Source of the DNA: Verrucomicrobiota bacterium | GTDB lineage: Bacteria; Verrucomicrobiota; Kiritimatiellia; UBA8416; JBHORK01 | Direction of reading: 5' to 3' | Length of the DNA stretch: 64,000 bases | Assembly: GCA_042565725.1 (NCBI GenBank) | Contig: JBHORK010000006.1 | Coordinates: forward strand, 1,374 to 65,373 | Shown: positions 47,781 through 57,044 of the stretch, one piece after another | Position numbering within the stretch: position 1 is the stretch's first letter | How the letters are laid out: the number at the start of each line of letters is the position of its first letter | Translations under genes and position numbers: made by a program | Notes under the pieces: generated by a model | What the model was told of the DNA's origin: nothing | The model's database searches: none | The model's input: only the letters and a program-made list of their open reading frames with translations

Positions 47781-48134
47781 ATGAAGATTCCTTTGGGGTA
47801 TGGAAACAATAGCGGTCAGTCAGGTAAAGCCGCTCAAGCCAAAATGTTAGAACGAGACATTACAAAAGCAAAGCAAGGCGACTGGGAAGCCAAGAAAAAC
47901 CTTGTACGTACTTTTTCGCATCTACTCAACTCACTTGCTCAAAAACGTTCCGATAAACCTGCAAAAATAAATCAATACGTAGAGGCAGGAAAGAACGGCC
48001 TTTACACCGCAGCAAAAAAATACAAAATCAACAACGGTCCGAAAGGCTTCCAGATCTTTGCACTTGATCATATCGAAGCCGCAATGGATCGAAGCGACAA
48101 GAGCGGATTCTTTTCCCGCCTTTTTGGTCGGTGA
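47781..48134 (+). CDS. Small sigma-70 region-2-like protein (~117 aa), coupled to trmB
   Basis: AKKNLVRTFSHLLNSLAQKR...YVEAGKNGLYTAAKKYKINNGPKGFQIFALDHIEAAM parallels RpoD regions 2.1-2.3. Regions 3 and 4 are absent. The start is from track arithmetic (internal MKIPLGY with the RBS AAGGAG), and my position count across the A-run there was off by 1 nt. Confidence 0.5.
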   Translation: MKIPLGYGNNSGQSGKAAQAKMLERDITKAKQGDWEAKKNLVRTFSHLLNSLAQKRSDKPAKINQYVEAGKNGLYTAAKKYKINNGPKGFQIFALDHIEAAMDRSDKSGFFSRLFGR

Positions 48135-48739
48135 ATCATCAGAATTCCACATCGATAATCTCACCTGAAAGCTGGACGCAACTTCTGTCGCTGGAAGAAA
48201 TATTCAACCCAGGCAAACCGCTGGAAATTGATCTGGGATGCGGAAAAGGCCGCTTTCTTGTTGCCAGAGCAAAATCATACACCGAAATCAACTTCCTGGG
48301 TATAGATCGCCTATTAGTACGCCTGCGTAAAGTTAATAAGAAAATTATTCGCGAGGGTTTGAATAACGTTAAATTACTCCGAATCGAAGCTTCTTACGCT
48401 GTAAAACACCTGCTCCCTCCAGAAACCGTTTCTTCGTTCTATATTTTCTTTCCGGATCCATGGCCCAAAAAAAGGCATCATAAAAGAAGGCTGTTTACTT
48501 CTTCCTTTCTTGATGCCCTGTATAGAACACTCAAGTCAAGCGGTCATATTCATATAGCAACGGATAACCTCAATTATTTTGAAGAAATTTGTGATTTGTT
48601 TGGCAAAGACCCGCGCTTTAAAACCGAACCGCCATTTGAACCGAACGATGAAGAAAAAACCAATTTTGAGCTTATTTTTACGGAGCAGAACGCGCCAATC
48701 GGCAGATGCTCATTCAGTAAAAACTCCCCCGCGAATTAG
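48131..48739 (+). CDS. trmB: tRNA (guanine46-N7)-methyltransferase TrmB
   Basis: EIDLGCGKGRF, FLGIDR and FFPDPWPKKRHHKRR. GTGA overlap with the upstream ORF. Confidence 0.9.
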   Translation: MNHQNSTSIISPESWTQLLSLEEIFNPGKPLEIDLGCGKGRFLVARAKSYTEINFLGIDRLLVRLRKVNKKIIREGLNNVKLLRIEASYAVKHLLPPETVSSFYIFFPDPWPKKRHHKRRLFTSSFLDALYRTLKSSGHIHIATDNLNYFEEICDLFGKDPRFKTEPPFEPNDEEKTNFELIFTEQNAPIGRCSFSKNSPAN

Positions 48740-48740
48740 T

Positions 48741-50030
48741 TTATTCAGCAAAATGCTGCCAGATATCTTCGGCAGCCGTATCACTGGAAATGACGTCAAT
48801 ATGCCCGTAGAATGGAGCTATTATAACTTTAACGTCCGTATTTCCTGCCTGACGAATCAAATCTGCACCGTAAGTTTGTGCCCCCATACCCAATTGTCCG
48901 TTAATCCAAATTAACGACTCATCAACGTCTTCGTAGTTAATCTGATACCCGTTAAGACCGGCAATTGCGGAAGTATAATCTTTTGCAAGCGCAAGCGGCG
49001 CACTGCCCGAACCAATTTCAACAGAAAGGAGTCGGAGTTTATCAACATCAGTAAACAAAAGGCCAAAATCATCCTGTGCTGGATCAAGAGCAAAGTCATA
49101 GTATCCGACCGCGTGGCCCAGCACCATAGGCCATTCCTGGGGCAACCCGGTCAGATCCGTAATAATTCCAGGCAGGAAAGATGTGTACATAAGCGAAAAA
49201 TGGAGCAGTCCGTTATATGTAAAATTTCCGGGCAACCCTACAAAGTCGCGTGAAACGCCGGAATCAATATCCGGATAAAGCGCGGATACCATAAGCAGCA
49301 GCTTAAAATCATCAACTGAATGTTCGGAATAAACCCCGCTTACCATAAGCTGATTGTACGCATCATACGCCAGAGTTGCGTTCTGTATTTTATCCTGTTG
49401 AAGAACCGGATCAAAAGAAGGAAGATCCAGCAATATCACTTTTCTAAAATCTTCTTCGGAATAAACCGCAGCGTAGTCCAGCGCACAAATTGCCCCCAGT
49501 GAATGACCAAGAAGTTCATACGGTTTCTTTATGGCTTTCTGAACCAGTTCAATAATCTCTCGGATGTCCTTGCGGTGCTGTTCTATCCCCCAATCAGCCA
49601 TAACGCTCTGATCTGCATCAAGCGGCACATTATCTTCGCGGGGGGTAATGCCCACAACAAGGTACCCCTTGTCTGCAAGATACTTTGCCATACTGCTTTC
49701 AACAGGCGTAAAGAAACTGCTGCGGAAATTAAGACTGCTGGAAGTCAACAAATAAATGATTTTGTCAGGTTTAGGCTGTTTGACGGAGACCACATTGACC
49801 GTAAGAGGGTAATCCTCATCATAGTAATCAACTTCAACCCATGTGAGCTTACTGTTGACACACTTATCCCTGATTTCTATCCGCTCAGCGCCTTTGCGAA
49901 GTGCAGCGACTACTCGCTGTACAGGAACTGCCCTATTCAAAGAACCTTTGGCTTGCGGCGGCTGTTCCGCTTCAACCCTGGACAAGAACAAGATGAACAA
50001 GAAAACAACTATACGTATTACTGACTTCAT
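48741..50030 (-). CDS. Secreted alpha/beta-hydrolase (lipase/esterase-like)
   Basis: Signal peptide and GHSLG nucleophile elbow. Confidence 0.7.
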   Translation of the reverse strand: MKSVIRIVVFLFILFLSRVEAEQPPQAKGSLNRAVPVQRVVAALRKGAERIEIRDKCVNSKLTWVEVDYYDEDYPLTVNVVSVKQPKPDKIIYLLTSSSLNFRSSFFTPVESSMAKYLADKGYLVVGITPREDNVPLDADQSVMADWGIEQHRKDIREIIELVQKAIKKPYELLGHSLGAICALDYAAVYSEEDFRKVILLDLPSFDPVLQQDKIQNATLAYDAYNQLMVSGVYSEHSVDDFKLLLMVSALYPDIDSGVSRDFVGLPGNFTYNGLLHFSLMYTSFLPGIITDLTGLPQEWPMVLGHAVGYYDFALDPAQDDFGLLFTDVDKLRLLSVEIGSGSAPLALAKDYTSAIAGLNGYQINYEDVDESLIWINGQLGMGAQTYGADLIRQAGNTDVKVIIAPFYGHIDVISSDTAAEDIWQHFAE

Positions 50031-50259
50031 TTCCCCTCCTATAACTTATGCCGCCAAGTTTAAGAATCTCGTATAAAACAATAGTTTATTGATGTCAAAC
50101 ACAACATACATATATTTTACAATCAAGAAACGCACAAAAATAAATATACTCCAGGCACAAGCAAGATAATGAAACCACAGATAAGGAAGTGCAAAGAAAG
50201 AATGGACAACTATTCATGCTTTTCGGGGACCTTCAACGCTCTCATAACGAAATCCCCGC

Positions 50260-51705
50260 TTATTCAGGGACCAGCAGCAGGCGAAAACCAAGCGCCGAAT
50301 GAGTAGATCTTGCTCCCAACTGATGACAAAAGGAACAGACTACTCTCGTGCTATTATTCCAAGGATCTTGATGAGACGAACCACAAGCAAAATATTTTTC
50401 ACCGCACAACTCACTTGTTATTTCCGATACATTACCGCTAACACCATATAAGCCCCATTCATTCTTTCCGCTTTTTTCTACAGGGCAAGTTAAAACATAA
50501 CCGTCTCTATACCCTGAAGCAGCACGATTCTCCATTAATCCTTCATTGCTTGTTTCATCACGATAATTCCCGTACTTCGGAGGCATATCATCTCCCCATG
50601 GATATTTCCTATTATCTCCACATTGTGCATATGCCTGCCATTCTTTCGGGGTCGGCAGTCTTATCTCATACAAACCATAAAGCTGCTCTGCACATTTTGC
50701 ATTTATCCAGCGAATATAGTCTGCGGCACGTTCATCAAATATATTCGACACAGGCTGTCTATCACCATTACGACTATGCCCTTGAAGACTTCCCATGTCA
50801 TGATCAGACTTGAAGCGTTTGTATTCTTCATTTGTAACCTCATATTTTCCGACCCAGCAATTCAGCGCTTTTATCCATACAAATTCCATCTTTACTCCAG
50901 ACCCCAGATCAAGGCTGACATCCAAATCAAGTTTCTTCTGCAAGGCCGTGATTTGCTGCTTATATTGTGCGACCTGATCCCTGTCGCTGGTAGTAAGATC
51001 CGAAACATTCAGTGAAGATAAACGTTTAAGCGTGTCTTCCGCGTCTTCTTTCAGCTTCTTTGCCTTCAACCCTTTAGCTTTGCTTTGTTTCAGCTGGCCG
51101 GCTAACGTGCGTGCCCCCTGCAAAGCTGCCTTACATTCACCCAATATCTTTTCCAATGTTTCATATTCTGCCACTCTGAATACCGCGGCTGTTGTTTCCG
51201 GACTTGCCTCCACGCGTTTGATTTCCGCCTGAACCTTAAGAGCTTCGTCTATTTTTTCAGCTTTTGTTAAATCCCGTTTCATGCCGGTCAAGCGACCGAT
51301 ATATTTCTTATTCAAAAAAAGTATTTGCTGATCCCGCGTAAAAGAGCATTTGCGTCTGGAATCCCTGCACATAATCTGCAGGGACTTAATTTCAGGAAAC
51401 CCATCAATCAGGTCCTTAGTAGAAACTTCTCTATCAGCTTCAAATCTCTTCTGCTCCTTATCCGCTGCCATTATGGTTTCCAGCTCACCCGCCTTCTGCG
51501 CTTTTACCTTCAGGTTCTGCAGGGCCTTTATATAACAGTCAGCGCAATGTTTTTCATTGCCCGCATATTCGGTTTGTATTTCTTTAAGAGATTTATCATA
51601 AATCTGTCGGAACGAAGCCAGTTGGTCGGCACCGAACACTGTCGACGTGAAGATAACACCTGCGATAAGAACAATAAAAACAGTGTTTTTATTCGTTTTC
51701 AGCAT
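50260..51705 (-). CDS. Formylglycine-generating-enzyme (SUMF1/FGE) family protein with N-terminal coiled-coil
   Basis: C-terminal half has MEFVWI...WVGKYEVTNEEY, RLPTPKEWQYA-like, GLYGVSGNVSEIT and GFRLLLV. N-terminal signal or anchor. Confidence 0.75.
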   Translation of the reverse strand: MLKTNKNTVFIVLIAGVIFTSTVFGADQLASFRQIYDKSLKEIQTEYAGNEKHCADCYIKALQNLKVKAQKAGELETIMAADKEQKRFEADREVSTKDLIDGFPEIKSLQIMCRDSRRKCSFTRDQQILFLNKKYIGRLTGMKRDLTKAEKIDEALKVQAEIKRVEASPETTAAVFRVAEYETLEKILGECKAALQGARTLAGQLKQSKAKGLKAKKLKEDAEDTLKRLSSLNVSDLTTSDRDQVAQYKQQITALQKKLDLDVSLDLGSGVKMEFVWIKALNCWVGKYEVTNEEYKRFKSDHDMGSLQGHSRNGDRQPVSNIFDERAADYIRWINAKCAEQLYGLYEIRLPTPKEWQAYAQCGDNRKYPWGDDMPPKYGNYRDETSNEGLMENRAASGYRDGYVLTCPVEKSGKNEWGLYGVSGNVSEITSELCGEKYFACGSSHQDPWNNSTRVVCSFCHQLGARSTHSALGFRLLLVPE

Positions 51706-51832
51706 AACTCACCTTTTCTTTTCCAGAATCACTCTTTATCCGCGTAAATCCGTTTTATCCCTGGCCGACACGAGACGCTGCCGGCTCGGGCAGGCTAGTT
51801 CGGCGAAGCCGGACGGGCGGGCAACTCTTCCT

Positions 51833-52618
51833 TTAGCTTCGATCCACAGGCGGCTGAATCATTTTATCACGGTGTATTACTTTTCTGAAAAACTTCTTCC
51901 ACGACATGCCCCACTTCTGTTTGAAGTAGTCTTTCTGGTCCATGGTCTTCTTATCATCGAACCTTGATATGGTGCTTCGCGAAAAATGATATACCAGACT
52001 CGTTCCAACCCCAATGAAATGACGACAACCGTACTGATACATTTTCATAGCCAGATCCGGATCACTGCCGTTACCAGGAAAATAGTTCTCATCAAGGCCG
52101 TCTATCTCATCCCAATTGGATTTCGAAATAAGAATAGGCGTCCATGTACTGACAACGTCATAAGACCTTTTCAGCGTTTCATATTCCTTTAAAAGCTTTT
52201 CTTCCTGGAAATTCTCAGGTGAATCTCCATAATCACACCCCCCGATATAACAGGGCGTTGCTTTACCGGCTTCAACGGCTGTACCCGAAAGCCATAACTT
52301 GTCCGACAGATCAAAATATTTTTCAAGTGCCGTGTCCCAGCCCGGAAGCACGTACATGTCGTCATTCATAAAACAAATATATTTTTGCGTGGCCAGTTTT
52401 GCCGCACGATTGACCGCGCCGCAAACCCCGAGATTCTCGGCAGCCTTATCGTGCAGAACATTCTTATCTTTCAGCCACTGTTCGCAGTCTTCATCAAATT
52501 CATTAAAGAACACTATCACTTCATGATCAGCCGCGCTGTTCTGGGCAATACTACGGTACGCCAGATCGAGATACTTAATGTTCTTCCATGTCGGAATTAT
52601 AATCGAAAATTCAGTCAT
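51833..52618 (-). CDS. Glycosyltransferase family 2
   Basis: FSIIIPTWKNIKYLDLAYRSI...VIVFFNE and a DD motif (FMNDDMYV). Started at MTEFSIIIPT because the upstream 20 codons are a repeat spacer. Confidence 0.8.
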   Translation of the reverse strand: MTEFSIIIPTWKNIKYLDLAYRSIAQNSAADHEVIVFFNEFDEDCEQWLKDKNVLHDKAAENLGVCGAVNRAAKLATQKYICFMNDDMYVLPGWDTALEKYFDLSDKLWLSGTAVEAGKATPCYIGGCDYGDSPENFQEEKLLKEYETLKRSYDVVSTWTPILISKSNWDEIDGLDENYFPGNGSDPDLAMKMYQYGCRHFIGVGTSLVYHFSRSTISRFDDKKTMDQKDYFKQKWGMSWKKFFRKVIHRDKMIQPPVDRS

Positions 52619-52790
52619 CTTGTCTAATTCCCAATTTCTCCCTTGTTCATCAACCATTAACCATTTTCCATTAACCATCCCCCTTCGCCAAGGCTACGGC
52701 GGACAAGACGGGGGACAAGTCAACCATTCTCCTCTTTCCATCCCTCTTTTCTCTTCCGCTCAAGTTTCAGGTTTCAGCCCTCATCCCTCT

Positions 52791-53579
52791 CTAAAACTCC
52801 CATGTAATGCCGACACCAGCGCAGTCATTGATCAAGATCGGAGAGATACTCACCAATTGATCTTCTGCCTGAGTCTTATCCACAGAAGTTACGGCCAGAT
52901 ACGCCATCCACCAGCCGAGCAGAGACTGCGAAAAATAATGGTCTTCATCATTTATTCTGGAAAGTCCGCATAAAACCGAACCGGCATAGAACAGGGATTT
53001 AGCGGCGCGGTTCTTTGTCATTTTTGCCGCCGATATAAACGGAACAGCGCCCATGAATGAATGACCCGACACGCCATTGCCATCTTCGAACGGGCGCCAT
53101 GTAGAATCATATTCATGTTCGTCATCGGTTGGCCGCGATCCGCCTGTAGTAACCTGCAGCGCCAGCATTGCCGGTCCTCCGACTATGATCGCGCGTAAAG
53201 ATCTCTGGCCCCATTCCCCCGCAATATCGCACGCTTTATTTCCATCACCAAACACACTGAGCGCGTATGCGCCGGCATACACAGGAACAGTTATCAGTCC
53301 ATTCCCAAACTCCTTGACCATATCGGCCATATCGTCAGTATTCGCGCTTTTAACATCATTGGTATACCATTCATAAATATCTTCATCAGCAGTACTGTTA
53401 GCCAAAATAGCGCCCGCCGCAAGTCCGCCGCCAAGTTTGAGCAGATTTTCACCTGAATAAAAATTAATATAATCGCATTTTACATCATCACAGAAAGCGC
53501 TGAATACTGAATCCTCGCCTGCATGAACAATAAACGCAAAACACATAACAAAAAACATCGTCAACGATATCTTTCTCAT
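52791..53579 (-). CDS. Secreted PAP2 / class-A acid-phosphatase-like protein (divergent third motif)
   Basis: Signal peptide, then GGSRP...VSGHSF...SRINDEDHYFSQ, compared with the PAP2 pattern RP / SGH / SRx5Hx3D. Confidence 0.55.
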   Translation of the reverse strand: MRKISLTMFFVMCFAFIVHAGEDSVFSAFCDDVKCDYINFYSGENLLKLGGGLAAGAILANSTADEDIYEWYTNDVKSANTDDMADMVKEFGNGLITVPVYAGAYALSVFGDGNKACDIAGEWGQRSLRAIIVGGPAMLALQVTTGGSRPTDDEHEYDSTWRPFEDGNGVSGHSFMGAVPFISAAKMTKNRAAKSLFYAGSVLCGLSRINDEDHYFSQSLLGWWMAYLAVTSVDKTQAEDQLVSISPILINDCAGVGITWEF

Positions 53580-53597
53580 ATTATACCCTTTCTCGAA

Positions 53598-53697
53598 CAG
53601 GCGGTTTTAACCGCATGATTGACAATTCTTTATCTTGTTGATCTTGCCTGCCCCGTGTTTATCACTGGGGTTAATCCCGTCTAAAACTTCTTCCTTC
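53598..53697. repeat. Dispersed ~80-100-bp intergenic element, copy B (with a ~28-bp internal insertion)
   Basis: CAGGCGGTTTTAACCGCATGATTGACAATTCTTTATCTTGTTGATCTTG[cctgccccgtgtttatcactggggttaa]TCCCGTCTAAAACTTCTTCCTTC. It overlaps the GT39 stop codon. Confidence 0.75.
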
Positions 53698-55297
53698 TTT
53701 CTTCGTATTTCCCTTTAAACCCATAATATTTATAAACATAAAATTTGTGTGCCGCCTGACCATCTCGCAGCACTTCAATTATTATCGGTTCGGGATCGAC
53801 TCTTTCAAAAAGCGGCAAATATCGATCACACCCTTTTTTCCATCGCTCAACATCCGCAAACAACGCATCCCATCCCTTGTATTCAGGCGCTTTGAACCAT
53901 AACCGGTATTGGCTTGGGCGCCTGTTAAGCGAAGTCGTTTTAGTCTCGGAATCTAGATACGGGGTCAACTGACTAACGGTAAAAAAACGATGACAGAACA
54001 CAAAGGTCGTTTCCGGCCGGGGCATGGAATGCCTTATTCTCTCCGTCACCCTGCCGGCCACATCCCATCCATACATATCATTGGTAATATCATACTTGCT
54101 TCTGAACGGCTTCATGACGGGCACGGCCTGTAATTTCTCATGGAGTTCTAATGACACTTTTCGGGTGCCATTATACAAAATACGTATGACCGGACATGCT
54201 ATTGCCGCGTAAATAAAAACAACCGATAAAAACCCTAGAACTGCTCCGGCAATAATCCATCGCCGCCATCTTGTTCCGGTTTTTCCTACGACAGTAGTTT
54301 TTCTTAAAACCGTAACTGTTAAGGCGAGCGTTCCTGTCCACCACCCTGCTGCGGGCCAATGCGGCAATACTTTTCCGAACAGTCCAATGCCGCAGAAGAA
54401 AACAAATACCGGTGCGCTCGTCCATAACACAAAACGATCTTCTTCGGAAAGCTGTTTTGTTCTTGCAAGAAATACAAACGATAAAACAAGTAAAACAAAA
54501 AGTATTGGGGAAGCAGCCGCTAATTGCCCGCCGATACTTTCAAAAAATTTGCCAATGCTGAAATATCCGCCACCACCGCCATGACCAAGCTGATACCCGT
54601 ACGAAATCCAATCATTCCTGTAATTCCATATAATATTGGGGAGGAACACGAGAAATCCCGCAAGCGCCGCGACATACGGTTTGGGGCTTGCCAGCCAATG
54701 CCGGTGCTGTCGCGAACTCAGCACATAGCCAAACAGACACAAGGGGAGAAGAACACCATGATATTTGCTAAGAAGCGCGCCGCCGAGCAGTAATCCCGCG
54801 AGAATCCACATACTCCATTTTCCGTCTCGCATTGCGAGCCATGACACAACAAGAGTTCCGCACCAGAACAGGTTTAAAGTGGAATCAGGCAGTAACGCTA
54901 TAGCCAGCAGATGATGAACAGGCATCAGCAACAGAAGAATGGATGCCCAAAACGCTATTTTTTCATCTTTGTAAAGAACAAGAGTCAAAGCTCTTAACAA
55001 GACTATGCTTAAAAACCAGCATATAACCGGTCCTAAACGCAGAAAAAAAGGGCTCTCTCCAAGTTTTCCGAACCAGGTGGTCAGTCCTGCCAGAAAAGCA
55101 ACCATGGGCGGATGATCAAAATATCCCCAGGCAGGATATCGCGCGTACATGAGATAGTGTGACTCGTCCGTGCTAAGCCCTATCCTGCCGGCAATGAACA
55201 ATCGGAATAAAGTGGCGCCAATAAGAAGAAGCCAAAAACAGATCCGATACTCAGTTTGAGTGGTCTCTCTTACTTTGGTCATGCGGTATTTTCGCAC
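53681..55297 (-). CDS. Glycosyltransferase family 39 (ArnT/PMT-like lipid A or glycan glycosyltransferase)
   Basis: About 12 TM helices, DESHYLMYARYPAWGYFDHPPMVAFL loop-1 motif and a C-terminal soluble domain. Confidence 0.8.
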   Translation of the reverse strand: MRKYRMTKVRETTQTEYRICFWLLLIGATLFRLFIAGRIGLSTDESHYLMYARYPAWGYFDHPPMVAFLAGLTTWFGKLGESPFFLRLGPVICWFLSIVLLRALTLVLYKDEKIAFWASILLLLMPVHHLLAIALLPDSTLNLFWCGTLVVSWLAMRDGKWSMWILAGLLLGGALLSKYHGVLLPLCLFGYVLSSRQHRHWLASPKPYVAALAGFLVFLPNIIWNYRNDWISYGYQLGHGGGGGYFSIGKFFESIGGQLAAASPILFVLLVLSFVFLARTKQLSEEDRFVLWTSAPVFVFFCGIGLFGKVLPHWPAAGWWTGTLALTVTVLRKTTVVGKTGTRWRRWIIAGAVLGFLSVVFIYAAIACPVIRILYNGTRKVSLELHEKLQAVPVMKPFRSKYDITNDMYGWDVAGRVTERIRHSMPRPETTFVFCHRFFTVSQLTPYLDSETKTTSLNRRPSQYRLWFKAPEYKGWDALFADVERWKKGCDRYLPLFERVDPEPIIIEVLRDGQAAHKFYVYKYYGFKGKYEERRKKF

Positions 55298-55848
55298 CTC
55301 TTACTTAAATAAAGAAAAGCCTTCCAGGCCAGCCAGCCGCCAAGTATTCCCAACAAGGCACCGGCCACGCAGTCCGCGGGAAAATGAGCACCCACATACA
55401 CTCTGGAGAAAGCTATCAAAGAAGCCAGCAATAACGCCCAGAACCGATACGCCCGCTTATAAAACCCGACATACGTCATAAAGAAAAACGCCAATGCGGA
55501 ATGCCCGGAAGGTAATGATTTTTTACGTAATCTTTCCCCAACGACTCTGACATTTACTGTTCCCTCCTCAATTTGTTCCTGAAACGCTCTGGCTGGTCTT
55601 GAGCGGTTGATGGTTTTCTTAAGCAGAGTATTCACGGGAGAAAGACAAAGTAGGGCAACAAATAAAACCAGCAGATGACGCAGAAAAATCTTTTTTCCTG
55701 TCTCGGCAAGAAAAGCCAGGGCAACAATACCTATCGTCCAGCCGCCGAGCCAGGTTATATCGTGAAATATGTCATCCAGCCATTCACAACCCAGCCCGTT
55801 ATTAATCAGAAAAAACAGACGATGATCCAGTTGCACAAGAAAACTCAT
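55279..55848 (-). CDS. PAP2-family membrane phosphatase
   Basis: KKTINRSRP, LPSGHS and SRVYVGAHFPAD (complete Kx6RP / PSGH / SRx5Hx3D). Confidence 0.85.
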   Translation of the reverse strand: MSFLVQLDHRLFFLINNGLGCEWLDDIFHDITWLGGWTIGIVALAFLAETGKKIFLRHLLVLFVALLCLSPVNTLLKKTINRSRPARAFQEQIEEGTVNVRVVGERLRKKSLPSGHSALAFFFMTYVGFYKRAYRFWALLLASLIAFSRVYVGAHFPADCVAGALLGILGGWLAWKAFLYLSKRCENTA

Positions 55849-55864
55849 AACATAAGCATATCCG

Positions 55865-55896
55865 AGTGGAATTTACGTTGCAACGTAAATTCCACT
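55865..55896. repeat. Perfect 32-bp palindrome AGTGGAATTTACGTTG|CAACGTAAATTCCACT
   Basis: Read directly from the sequence. Lies 17 nt upstream of the PAP2 start and downstream of the ORF6N gene. Confidence 0.8.
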
Positions 55897-55982
55897 GGTC
55901 AATACACCAATAACAACGCAGTCAATCGGGCCCGGAAATTCATTAGAGCGCTTTTCCTCGTATCTAATTATGCAATATCCGG

Positions 55983-56007
55983 TTAAGGTCACAATTTGTG
56001 ACCTTAA
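55983..56007. repeat. Perfect 12+1+12 palindrome TTAAGGTCACAA-T-TTGTGACCTTAA
   Basis: Read directly from the sequence. Lies 27 nt downstream of the ORF6N stop, with no flanking T-run. Confidence 0.8.
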
Positions 56008-56033
56008 AGATTCCATCTTGGAATATCAAAATA

Positions 56034-56558
56034 CTATTTGAATTTTGAGAACCCTTTGATCTGCTTGGGCCCGGAAGACGAACCAATGAGTCTCCGGAGA
56101 GCATCAAAGACACCCTTGAACTGTTTGTCATATTTCTTTTCCATAGCGTCTACTTTGCGGGCAAGGCCTGTATGAGAGACAAGCATTTTTTTGATGCGGA
56201 CAAAGGCCCGCATAATCTCAATATTGACCTGTATTGCTTGAGGGCTATTTATAACGCTTGAAAGCATGGCTACGCCTTGCTCAGTGAATACATAGGGAGA
56301 GTAACGGCGACCGCCATGGGCGGAGCTGTCTGCACTTGAGGTTCCAAATTGGCACCTCAAGTTTTCTGCCTCTTGCGTGGAGAGTTGAAACATGAAGTCA
56401 TCCGGAAAGCGGGCAATGTTTCTCTTAACTGCTTTGTTCAGATTCTTTGTCTCGACTCCGTAGAGCTCGGCAAGGTCGGCATCAAGCATGACTTTATGAT
56501 CGCGGATCTCATATATCAGAGAATCAATGACCGGTTTTTCAATTACTGCTTTTTTCAT
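56034..56558 (-). CDS. ORF6N (KilA-N-related) DNA-binding domain protein
   Basis: [42 protein letters not shown] is the ORF6N signature common in phage and mobile-element genes. Confidence 0.8.
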   Translation of the reverse strand: MKKAVIEKPVIDSLIYEIRDHKVMLDADLAELYGVETKNLNKAVKRNIARFPDDFMFQLSTQEAENLRCQFGTSSADSSAHGGRRYSPYVFTEQGVAMLSSVINSPQAIQVNIEIMRAFVRIKKMLVSHTGLARKVDAMEKKYDKQFKGVFDALRRLIGSSSGPKQIKGFSKFK

Positions 56559-56621
56559 AATCTTATATTCCTTAAACCCGGCCGAGGATCTGTCTTGAGA
56601 GAGTCCCTATAGACTTTCCCG

Positions 56622-57044
56622 TTAAAACGGCACATCATCAGTTTCCGCAGACGAGCCCCCAGCAACAGGAATGCCTACCTGTACAGAATCCTTTTTTGCG
56701 GAGCTTGAGCCTTTAGGAGAACCCAAAAACTGTACCCGACTTGCGCGCACACGCATTTTACTGCGTTTCTCACCATTCTGTGACTCCCACTGATCCAACT
56801 GCAAGCGTCCTTCTATAAGAACGCGTGAGCCTTTTGACAAATATTCCGCGCATGTTTCCGCCTGCCGACCCCAAGTCACAATATCTACAAAACAGGTTGT
56901 TTCAACGTTCTTGCCATCCCTGTTCTTATAAGCCTCAGAAGCCGCCAATCCCAGGTCGGCAACCGAAGTCCCTGACGGAATCTGCCGGATTTGCGGGTCC
57001 CGTGTCAGGTTCCCCATTAATACCACACGATTTAAACCAGTCAT
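56622..57044 (-). CDS. ssb: Single-stranded DNA-binding protein (canonical, with acidic C-terminal tip DDVPF)
   Basis: NRVVLMGNLTRDPQIR...OB fold..., a Gly/Ser-rich linker and ETDDVPF. Confidence 0.9.
   Translation of the reverse strand: MTGLNRVVLMGNLTRDPQIRQIPSGTSVADLGLAASEAYKNRDGKNVETTCFVDIVTWGRQAETCAEYLSKGSRVLIEGRLQLDQWESQNGEKRSKMRVRASRVQFLGSPKGSSSAKKDSVQVGIPVAGGSSAETDDVPF

Noticed and set aside
52619-52678. N-terminal extension of the GT2 ORF (MVNGKWLMVDEQGRNWELDK), with analogous extensions at 23805-23912, 27029-27211, 672-824 and 28727-28795
   Set aside because: The extensions are translations of intergenic word repeats or AT-rich spacers, or they overlap a neighbouring gene. Internal ATGs with RBSs, signal peptides or conserved N-termini give better starts.
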